From an uncultured Candidatus Saccharibacteria bacterium (GTDB lineage Bacteria > Patescibacteriota > UBA1384 > XYA2-FULL-43-10 > 1-14-0-10-43-13): DNA of 64,000 bases. Shown piece after piece: positions 56,719 to 64,000 of this stretch; within the stretch, counting starts at the first letter, position 1; the number at the start of each line of letters is the position of its first letter. The position numbers and the translations under genes were made by a program. The notes below the pieces were generated by a model. That model saw nothing but the letters and a program-made list of their open reading frames with translations. It was not told where the DNA came from and made no database searches. Where the stretch lies: NCBI GenBank assembly GCA_964628585.1, contig CAZVMH010000002.1, forward strand, positions 33,751 through 97,750. The letters run 5' to 3'.

Positions 56719-59700
56719 ATGCCAGAAGATCTACAAGCGGGCTTAGACGATGTAAAAAAGTTTGAAGATGAAATGAATAAGCAGCAGGAGGGTGCTGTTT
56801 CAACCCAAGAAGAGGAAAAAGCTAAGCCAATCTTATCTGAAGAAGAAAAAAGAGAAGAAGATCGTAAAGAGAACGAAAGACTAGACAAAGTTAGAGAAAA
56901 TTTTCTATCCTTAATCAAAGACCGTTCTGCCAGTTTAGTCCAGATAACAGATGAAAAAAATTTACTAGAACTTCTAAATCTGTCTGGAAATTACACACAA
57001 GAGCAACTAGAAAGAAGTTTAAACGCTGTTGATGATCTATTGAGTGACAATACCCTTGATTATGACAGACGAATGTCAATTGAAAAGTACTTACGAAATA
57101 CTGCTGACAAATTGCCACGAGAGGGTGATGGCAAAGAAGAAGAAGTTGACGAAGCCACCAGGTTAGCTAAAGTAAAAGAGAATTTCAGGCGGCTGATTAT
57201 TGATGATAAATACGATCTCTTTCAAATAACCGATAATGATAAATTGCCTGTTCTTTTGTGCTTGCCAAAAGATTTTACTCAAAAACAGCTTGAAGATAGT
57301 TTAAATGTAGCAGACGACGTTACAAGCGACAAGTCGATAGCGGGAGAAAAGCAGTTACCTCCCGAAGAACAGAGGGCCCATGAGACAAAAGTTTACGATC
57401 GACAAAGAACAATAGAAGCATATTTAAGAAGAAACACACTTAAGGGCAGAGAAGAAGAGAAGCCCGAAGATAAGCCAGAGGAAAAACCTGATGGCAGATA
57501 TGCTATGACATTTGAAAATGGGAAGCCTGTCGAAGAAGATACAATTCCTTTTAGCGAGGGAAATATTCCTCCAGAACACGCACTGGTAAGATTACAACAT
57601 GGTAAATTGGCTGTCATTGAAGGGGGCAAACCAGTTGAACCATCAAAAGAAATGATATTAATCGCCGATGTCTCAGAAGTATTAAAAGCAATGGCTTGGC
57701 GTTTGGCTGAAAATAGATTGAATGAGATTGTAAATAATAACAGAGACAGGACTGGCGATGGCAGGATTAAAGGATTTTTCAAATCACAGATGGCTAGAAT
57801 GGGAGAGAGGGGATATTTAACTAAATTCTATTATGAAGCATTAGAGGAGATGAGAAACAATCAAGACCTAATGGCGGAAATTCGTGGCAGGATGATGGGC
57901 AGAAGTGAATTTGTGGGTTCTGACCCAGCCAAAATTGAACAATGGCAAGTTCTTGATCAAGTTGTTCGAGAAATGGAAGAAGGAGTACTAGAATCTTGTG
58001 AAAAGGGTGAAGATATTGAAAATTCAGGAATAATATTTGCAGACCTTATAAATAGACATATTGCTGGAGAATTTGCCGACAGGGGTGCTTTTGAAGCAGC
58101 GGCAAGAGAAGCGATAGAAGCTGCGATTTCTTCAGGAAAGATAAAAAGAGAGCAATTTGCAACCGATAAGGGCAGACAGGGTGAAGCAGAAGGGCTAATG
58201 TATGCTTCAAATCTTTACGAAATAGCTGAGGCGCAGAGATTAAAAATTGAAGCACGTTATGAAAACGGTGAATGGTCAGAATTTTCACCAGAACAGAAAA
58301 AAACCATTGCAGAGCATATTAATGCAACTGGAAATTTGGATATAAGACTAGCAACTAAACTACGTGATATAAATGAGGAGCGTCCTGAGCGACCAGATCA
58401 GACCAGAGGATATTTGAGAGGAATGGACAGAATCGCCCAATTTGCTAGATCTCGGCCAATTCTTGGAGCTATTATAAATCCGACGACGATTGGTCTAATG
58501 TCTTCAATGGCAGTGAGAAGTCCGGCCAGAATGGCGGCAATGGCTGGAGTTGGTGCATTGGGAGTCGTCGGCGGTTTTGCATTACCAATTTTAGTTGGAG
58601 CTGGTTTGGGCGGAGCTTTCGCATATGCCAGAAGACATAACGCCTTAGCACATGACAGAGGGCTAGAGCAGAGGAGAGAAGCAATCGGTCAGCAGGGTCA
58701 GGGCGCTCGTGCAGAAAGGCTGCGAGATTTTGGTTTCTCTGGAATTGGTAGAAGTGCAGAAAGCCTTTTAGCCGATGTGACTGCTGGCAACGCCGATGCT
58801 GTTCTTGAGGCAGCCGCTCTTTTTCAAGCAGAAAGAGAATTAAGAGATGGGGGCAGACCGGTTGACTTGATTACAACCGAGCAAGAGACTGGTGAGCAAT
58901 TTAAAACTAACTATATTCCAAAAACCGAATTAAAAATTGCTATTAGAGACCAAATTGGCTCACTAGATGCTGGAGCCCTAAGCGCAAGGGTAGCTGAAAT
59001 TAAGGGCCGAATTGCAGAACAAGACTCTGGTTTTGAAAAATTTAGAGGCAGAGAGTCTTGGAAGGCAGCAGCTTTTGGAGCAGCAGCTGGAGCCGTGGCG
59101 GGTGCAGCAGCTATTGAAATTAAAGATTATGTCCAAGAACACTATATGGGGCAGGAAACTGGTGTAACAATGCTGGAATACGCACAAGGAGAAAGACCAG
59201 CAGTGGCTCATTATGAAGTTGGCGGAACAGACATTGTTCCAATGGACAAAGTACATTCTGCAGTTACAATGCCAGATACTGGAGAAAAAATTGATGTGGA
59301 ATATAGATTGGGTTACGACGGCAAATTAATACCAATTCATACTGGTTTGCCAGAAGGATATAGCTTTGATGCGGCTGGTAACCTTGTGCATCATGTTGAT
59401 GGTATTGAGGGTGGTCCAGTTACAGCAGAAAATTGGGATCAAATGCGGAGTATATTGGAAAGCCAGCACGGGGACTTATTAGAGAAACAGCATGTTAGTT
59501 GGTCTGGATTTGGTTACAATGAAAATGCTCCGTCTGGAAATTCATATACCGATTTCTATATACCAAGAGCCGAGGGCACAGAACTACAAATGGACTATAT
59601 AGGCAATCAAGATGGTTCAGTCACAATTAGTGCTGAAAGAATGCTTGACCATGTTGCTTTTTCTCATGGCAAAGAGGTTAAAGTTACTCCTGAAATGCTA

Positions 59701-60723
59701 GATAGGTTAGTTGCAACAATTTCTCCAAGAGACAGAGTACTACAGCACGAGGCATTGGTAGCCCACATTCAGGATGGAAAAATTACTTTTCCAAAAGAAC
59801 TTGCTGAAAAAATATTTGATCTAATTAATGGCAAAGTTGAACCAAAGCCTGGCATTCAAATTACACTTGATCAGGTGGTTCATAGTGATTCGGAGGGCCA
59901 ATCAAGTCTGTACAGTCTTGCCGCAGATTATGCTGAAGGAACAGCTCAAATTGATCCAGTTCCAGCAATAGATGAAACAGTGCCACCACCAGTAATAGAC
60001 TACGTGCCAGCAAAAGATATTATTCCTCCAGTAGTTATTCCTTGGGACAGAAGAAAACCAATTGGTGATGTTGAGGGTGGAAAAAAAGTCCAAGAGCGGG
60101 GTGCTAGCGAGAAAGAAAACAAAGAGAAGAAAGGCAAAATCAAAATTATTGACCAAAAAAATAAAGCAGTTTTATGGGCGGTAGGGAAGTCAGAACAAAG
60201 AGAAAAAGATAAACTTAAAGCAGAAGAAGGACAAAAACTTGAAGCGGTACAACAAAAAATTGCTTCTATGCCAGACGGAAGTCCGGTAATGGAAAATCTT
60301 TCAGTGTCGGGCGAAAAACCAGTTGAAGGAAAGCTCTCAAATGAAAGCGTTGAACAAGACCTTAATCGTGCCGTAAGCGCAGTTCCTGAACGCGAGATAG
60401 ATTCCGTTATAAGTGGATTATCAAAAATTTCAAGAGAAAGAGACAATTTTGCGCAACAAAAAGCTTATATGCAAATGGGTGCCAGAGAGGGTGGAAGCGT
60501 TGGCACTTTTTCTTCAAAAGTTCCTATTAGGGAAGGTGAAGCTTGGAAATTTATTAAAGCAGAAGATTTAACAGAAGAAAACCAGAACGAAATTGACGAT
60601 TACATAAGAAGAGTAATGAAAAAATTAATGGATCGATCAAATCAAATAAAAGCAAACGCTCCAGCTAGGACAAGTTTGGGAGATAGAGTTAAAACACTTT
60701 TTGGTAGAAATAAGGAGAGATAA
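56719..60723 (+). CDS. Very large (1334 aa) charged coiled-coil protein with a central Gly/Ala-rich TM hairpin
   Basis: Continuous ORF, RBS GGAGGG; central 'ILGAIINPTTIGLMSSMAV...AGVGALGVVGGFALPILVGAGLGGAFAYA'; no recognisable catalytic motif. Confidence 0.6.
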   Translation: MPEDLQAGLDDVKKFEDEMNKQQEGAVSTQEEEKAKPILSEEEKREEDRKENERLDKVRENFLSLIKDRSASLVQITDEKNLLELLNLSGNYTQEQLERSLNAVDDLLSDNTLDYDRRMSIEKYLRNTADKLPREGDGKEEEVDEATRLAKVKENFRRLIIDDKYDLFQITDNDKLPVLLCLPKDFTQKQLEDSLNVADDVTSDKSIAGEKQLPPEEQRAHETKVYDRQRTIEAYLRRNTLKGREEEKPEDKPEEKPDGRYAMTFENGKPVEEDTIPFSEGNIPPEHALVRLQHGKLAVIEGGKPVEPSKEMILIADVSEVLKAMAWRLAENRLNEIVNNNRDRTGDGRIKGFFKSQMARMGERGYLTKFYYEALEEMRNNQDLMAEIRGRMMGRSEFVGSDPAKIEQWQVLDQVVREMEEGVLESCEKGEDIENSGIIFADLINRHIAGEFADRGAFEAAAREAIEAAISSGKIKREQFATDKGRQGEAEGLMYASNLYEIAEAQRLKIEARYENGEWSEFSPEQKKTIAEHINATGNLDIRLATKLRDINEERPERPDQTRGYLRGMDRIAQFARSRPILGAIINPTTIGLMSSMAVRSPARMAAMAGVGALGVVGGFALPILVGAGLGGAFAYARRHNALAHDRGLEQRREAIGQQGQGARAERLRDFGFSGIGRSAESLLADVTAGNADAVLEAAALFQAERELRDGGRPVDLITTEQETGEQFKTNYIPKTELKIAIRDQIGSLDAGALSARVAEIKGRIAEQDSGFEKFRGRESWKAAAFGAAAGAVAGAAAIEIKDYVQEHYMGQETGVTMLEYAQGERPAVAHYEVGGTDIVPMDKVHSAVTMPDTGEKIDVEYRLGYDGKLIPIHTGLPEGYSFDAAGNLVHHVDGIEGGPVTAENWDQMRSILESQHGDLLEKQHVSWSGFGYNENAPSGNSYTDFYIPRAEGTELQMDYIGNQDGSVTISAERMLDHVAFSHGKEVKVTPEMLDRLVATISPRDRVLQHEALVAHIQDGKITFPKELAEKIFDLINGKVEPKPGIQITLDQVVHSDSEGQSSLYSLAADYAEGTAQIDPVPAIDETVPPPVIDYVPAKDIIPPVVIPWDRRKPIGDVEGGKKVQERGASEKENKEKKGKIKIIDQKNKAVLWAVGKSEQREKDKLKAEEGQKLEAVQQKIASMPDGSPVMENLSVSGEKPVEGKLSNESVEQDLNRAVSAVPEREIDSVISGLSKISRERDNFAQQKAYMQMGAREGGSVGTFSSKVPIREGEAWKFIKAEDLTEENQNEIDDYIRRVMKKLMDRSNQIKANAPARTSLGDRVKTLFGRNKER

Positions 60724-60739
60724 GTAATTAGGAGCATAT

Positions 60740-61075
60740 ATGGATGAAAATAAAATCGATAACAAAGTAAGTGCCTTGGTCCCAGAACTTAAAGAATATG
60801 TTCAGGCGCTTATGATAGAAAAGGGGAATGATATCATGCCGGCAGATATTCAGGCAGAAATGATGCATGATCTTTATACTCGTTTCGGAGATTATCTTAT
60901 GGTTAATCTGGCAAAGTCTATGGAGAAAGAAGCTTCGTATCAATTTGAAGATATGCTCTCTAACCAGGATCCATCTGAAGAGGTGATAAATTTTATCAAG
61001 GAAAAAACTGATTTTGAAAAAGTTGTGAAAGAAACTTGCGACGAATTTAGAGAGATATATATCGGTAAAAAATAA
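60740..61075 (+). CDS. Small acidic protein (111 aa)
   Basis: RBS TAGGAG; follows the giant ORF by 16 nt; own terminator at 61090..61116. Confidence 0.5.
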   Translation: MDENKIDNKVSALVPELKEYVQALMIEKGNDIMPADIQAEMMHDLYTRFGDYLMVNLAKSMEKEASYQFEDMLSNQDPSEEVINFIKEKTDFEKVVKETCDEFREIYIGKK

Positions 61076-61089
61076 GTAGTAACTATTCA

Positions 61090-61116
61090 AAAAAGAGAAA
61101 CAAAGTCTCTTTTTTG
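61090..61116 (+). terminator. A/T-rich intrinsic terminator (AAAGAGA-loop-TCTCTTT plus T-run)
   Basis: Hairpin plus a T-run. Confidence 0.5.
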
Positions 61117-61134
61117 TTTTCCCTGTCTTAGGTA

Positions 61135-61163
61135 TTGACAAAATAAATTAGTTGTGCTATAAT
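61135..61163 (+). promoter_or_regulatory. Consensus sigma70 promoter with extended -10: TTGACA-17-TGCTATAAT
   Basis: Perfect -35 and -10 hexamers, 17-nt spacer, TG at -15/-14. Confidence 0.7.
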
Positions 61164-61169
61164 GCATCC

Positions 61170-61346
61170 ATCATGAGGGTGAGTGAGGAAGCATTCTCAA
61201 GAGGGACAAATTAATTAGTTATTCAGTCACGCCAGATATAATTACAAATTATGCGGTAGTGTGCTGGACAGTCATTTCTGCCTTCGGGCAGAGCGTAGGT
61301 TCCCCCTCCGCCTACGAGACTGTTCGGCACAGTGCCGCATTTTTTA
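61170..61346 (+). ncRNA. Candidate ~175-nt structured transcript (sRNA or riboswitch-type leader) ending in a hairpin plus T6
   Basis: Bounded by the consensus promoter and the CGGCA-CAG-TGCCG plus TTTTTT element. Internal hairpins CTGCC-TTCG-GGCAG and CGTAGG...CCTACG. No convincing ORF or RBS. Confidence 0.3.
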
Positions 61347-61448
61347 CAGGATTTTGGTAAGATATGCGTCTGCACGTTAACATACGGTGGTATGGCCTCT
61401 CAAGTAGGCCGCCACTAATATAACCTCGCAAAACGAGGTGGAGGGATC

Positions 61449-61961
61449 ATGAGACTCAGTATTGCTATCCTTCTGGCGTTAATAGGCGCCAGCCTCCTCG
61501 CTCCGTGCGAGGCGGTAGAGATCTACGCACCGTTAGAACCCAAGGCGACGAAAGTCGCTCCTCCGGTGATTACGGTAATACACGACGACGGTGACTACGA
61601 TGTGGTTACTGAGCGCTCGGGTAGAGTTCCTGGGATAGAGCGAAAGCTCTCCGAGCTCGAATCGGAGTGGCGCAGGCTTAACCGCCGAAGCCACATCGAC
61701 TACAAAGCTCGACAGAGAGCGAACGCTCTCTCTGTTCAGATTGTCTCTCTTCGGAAGGCAATAGGAACAGAGCGATCAGAGAGAGTCTCCGCTGACCAAT
61801 GGGAAAGAACCCAGAGGGAAGCTGGAGATATCAATCTATCTGGGCGTATCAACAACGAGGCCCAGGCAAGGCGAACTGGCGACGAGGACAACATGCTCCT
61901 CACAGTCTGCCTCTGCGGAATTCTTCTGGTAGGATTGGCGTACGTCGCAACATCGCGCTGA
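61449..61961 (+). CDS. GC-rich small bitopic protein (signal peptide plus a C-terminal TM anchor)
   Basis: RBS GAGGTGGAGGG; 'MRLSIAILLALIGASLLAPCEA'; C-terminus LLTVCLCGILLVGLAYVA. Confidence 0.5.
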   Translation: MRLSIAILLALIGASLLAPCEAVEIYAPLEPKATKVAPPVITVIHDDGDYDVVTERSGRVPGIERKLSELESEWRRLNRRSHIDYKARQRANALSVQIVSLRKAIGTERSERVSADQWERTQREAGDINLSGRINNEAQARRTGDEDNMLLTVCLCGILLVGLAYVATSR

Positions 61962-62011
61962 CGCCACAGACCATAGCGGCACCGGCTAAACAGGTGCAGA
62001 AAGAGATTTCA

Positions 62012-62359
62012 ATGAACACGATTCTTACGGTTTTCGCACTTCTAGTCGTTGGTATCATTGTCGCTAATGCCCTTAAGGGACGCGGTGGTGCTCCCGCCGG
62101 TGCTGTTGTGCCGGTCCCACCCATGGGTATGCTCAATGTTAACGGGGGTTGGAGCACCCCAGTCGACGCTGATCAGGCCGTTAAGGCCGGTTGCCGACTT
62201 GTCGACGTAGTCACTTCTGGCTACGCCTACCGCAAGGTAGAGCCGGCTCGGAACGTGACCATTGGGGCAGTGAATGCTGCCATCGTCGGACGCGAGAAAG
62301 ATGGCGTACGACGTCTCCGCGGCTACGCGCGGGGAGAAGTTATCAACATTGGGCCGTAG
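62012..62359 (+). CDS. GC-rich small secreted protein (115 aa)
   Basis: 'MNTILTVFALLVVGIIVANA' signal peptide; followed by a hairpin terminator. The upstream in-frame extension to 61799 is unlikely. Confidence 0.45.
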   Translation: MNTILTVFALLVVGIIVANALKGRGGAPAGAVVPVPPMGMLNVNGGWSTPVDADQAVKAGCRLVDVVTSGYAYRKVEPARNVTIGAVNAAIVGREKDGVRRLRGYARGEVINIGP

Positions 62360-62426
62360 CTCCCAAAGAACAGAAGTCCCTGTCGCATCCGCGGCAGGGC
62401 TTCTTTCGTTTCTAGGACATATTTAC

Positions 62427-64000
62427 TTATTTTTTAGCTTGTGATTTTTCGAATGCATCAAAATTGTCAAATAACCCATTAACTTTTATCTTTTTATCTT
62501 CTTGTTCTTTCAACCATTTTGTTGCCGCTTCACTATTTTCGAAATTTTGATTCTCTTTTTCTATAGTGTTTTTTTTCTTTTTGTTCTTGTCATAATTGAA
62601 CTTGGCAAACTTTACTTTCTCTCCATCTATTGTTATCTCATAATAGATATCTTTCTTTTTCTTTTCATCTGTTTCATCAACGAGAGCGATGACTTGACCG
62701 CTAACTATTTCTTTTTCTACTTCCTTATCACCTTCTTTAAATTTAATCTTTACCTTTGCTTTTTCTGGTTCTTTTGTTGGCTCTGGTGGAGTAGGCTCTT
62801 TTGCAAGTTTGGGATCTTTGTATCTCTCTGCTATCATATCAACATTGCGTTTTTGAAGTAAATCTTCAGGGGAAATATTACGAATTACATTAAATTCTTT
62901 TTCTTCGCCGGTTACTTTGTCTATTTCAGTTCCCAGCGACGGATCAAATTCGCTGTAAACCAACATTTTCTGATGAGGTGGTCTGTCAACTATATTTACA
63001 ATTTTTATTCGATGCATTCCGCCATCATTATCTTCATATACCCATTCCTGACCGATTGCAAAATCTGGTTTAAGCTCTCTTTCAGCAAGATTTCTTACAA
63101 TTGAGTCTCGAGGTTCTGGCTGATAACGTCGTCTTTGTATTTCTTGTTTTTCTTTCATGTCTTTTCTTCTGTCTTCGAATGCTCTGTTTTGCAATTCATT
63201 ACTAGTACCACGCCAAGCAAAGCGAGTCAAAAGAGCGCCCAAAGTTGTCATGGCATTGCGTCCCAATTCGTTCCAAGCTGCTCCTGCCAAAGGTCTGGCT
63301 AATGATTCGTTCAATATATGAGAACCGGATTCTCCGAGTGGAAGAACAGTTGCTTTGTCAGCAACAGCCTGGAGCATTTCGGCGCTACTGTTATAATGAA
63401 AAATGTAATCTTTGGCAATACCCAAACTTTGTTGCATAGCCTCGTTTACTCGTTGCACTCCATGATAAATACCATTTCCATCTAAATCCATTTTTACAAT
63501 TTCACCCCGAGCCAGTTGCTCAGCAAGTTGGGTCTTGGCGTTAAGAAGACTCATAATACCACCACCAATTCCACCAGCCAGAGCAAGCCCCTCCTGAATC
63601 CATTCCCATCTGCGGTTGTAAGCCTGCAGTTGTTTCTCTTGAAAGTCTATTGATTTTCCAGGAGCAACTTTGCTCGATTGATAGACTTCAGTTCCGGTAT
63701 TTAAAACGGGTCCAGTTGGACCACCCTGCATTGGGTCTCCAAGTTCGCCTCTAGTTTCAAGGGGTTCACCAAGTACTCGAGTATCAATAAAAGGCGTACC
63801 CCCATTTGTCTGTTCAAAAGTTACAGTATTTTGTTCTGAATCGTGAATAAAGTTAACTAAACTTTCAATTGCAGCGTTACGAGCCTTGTAGTGACTTGCA
63901 AGTTGTTCGTCGGTCAGAGTTTCTCTATTTGTCGGCTCTTCATCTGGAATATGATCCGCTAATTCACGAGCCTTTTTATAATATCTTTCTCTGCTAATTA
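62427..64000 (-). CDS. Hypothetical protein, 5'-partial (reading frame open to the window edge); KE-rich C-terminus
   Basis: The minus-strand frame was manually translated from 64000 to 63731 without a stop (…ELADHIPDEEPTNRETLTDEQL…GDPMQGGPTGP…), so the listed 434-aa ORF is an internal fragment of a longer gene. Confidence 0.55.
   Translation of the reverse strand, partial: ISRERYYKKARELADHIPDEEPTNRETLTDEQLASHYKARNAAIESLVNFIHDSEQNTVTFEQTNGGTPFIDTRVLGEPLETRGELGDPMQGGPTGPVLNTGTEVYQSSKVAPGKSIDFQEKQLQAYNRRWEWIQEGLALAGGIGGGIMSLLNAKTQLAEQLARGEIVKMDLDGNGIYHGVQRVNEAMQQSLGIAKDYIFHYNSSAEMLQAVADKATVLPLGESGSHILNESLARPLAGAAWNELGRNAMTTLGALLTRFAWRGTSNELQNRAFEDRRKDMKEKQEIQRRRYQPEPRDSIVRNLAERELKPDFAIGQEWVYEDNDGGMHRIKIVNIVDRPPHQKMLVYSEFDPSLGTEIDKVTGEEKEFNVIRNISPEDLLQKRNVDMIAERYKDPKLAKEPTPPEPTKEPEKAKVKIKFKEGDKEVEKEIVSGQVIALVDETDEKKKKDIYYEITIDGEKVKFAKFNYDKNKKKKNTIEKENQNFENSEAATKWLKEQEDKKIKVNGLFDNFDAFEKSQAKK

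Noticed and set aside
61174-61215. 13-codon ORF (MRVSEEAFSRGTN) at the start of the candidate ncRNA
   Set aside because: No RBS; probably non-coding, though a leader peptide cannot be excluded
62502-62861. 119-aa plus-strand ORF antisense to the KE-rich C-terminus of the right-edge gene
   Set aside because: Low-complexity antisense of a lysine/glutamate-rich coding region

Overview
This 64 kb window is low-GC (about 35-38%) with short intergenic regions, consistent with a small-genome bacterium. A Candidate Phyla Radiation (Patescibacteria)-like lineage is plausible but is an inference. RF2 is encoded without a programmed frameshift, so the standard genetic code applies.

Content by block:
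1. tRNA-Trp(CCA) at the left edge.
2. A PNAG-like exopolysaccharide module (774-7027): two paralogous CBM+NodB deacetylases flanking a glycoside hydrolase and a processive GT2 synthase.
3. A SipW signal peptidase operon with four TasA/camelysin-like cargo proteins, one carrying a lamin-tail domain (7353-10849).
4. A Y-family DNA polymerase.
5. Three large N-terminally anchored glycine-rich (beta-solenoid-like) surface proteins with PA14 and LamG modules and a shared Cys-containing C-terminal domain (15782-21170), sitting directly upstream of the pilus genes.
6. A complete type IV pilus locus (21231-34281): pilN/O-like genes, a standalone triple GspE_N-domain protein, pilB, pilT, pilC, three tandem pilins, an IVS-type four-helix-bundle gene, pilD and four minor pilins. 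No pilM was seen.
7. rnhA and rodA/ftsW.
8. rplU-secE-nusG-rplK, then a ~15 kb insertion (short mfd, dprA, topA, recR, dus, a GC-rich island, an LPxTG-like surface protein, prfB, ybaB, pth and an orphan pilin), then rplA-rplJ-rplL. rplL is followed by tgt rather than rpoBC.
9. A 1343-aa charged protein with a small acidic partner, a second GC-rich island, and a partial gene at the right edge.

Main observations from the hunt:
- The solenoid/PA14/LamG adhesin-like trio coupled to the pilus locus.
- The SipW-TasA-LTD operon.
- Two ~60% GC islands encoding small secreted proteins.
- A near-identical 31-nt in-frame twin-hairpin motif shared by nusG and rplL.
- Several repeated intergenic elements in the pilus locus.
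- A consensus promoter driving a short structured transcript.
- A split ribosomal-protein cluster with a duplicated rplL 3' scar.
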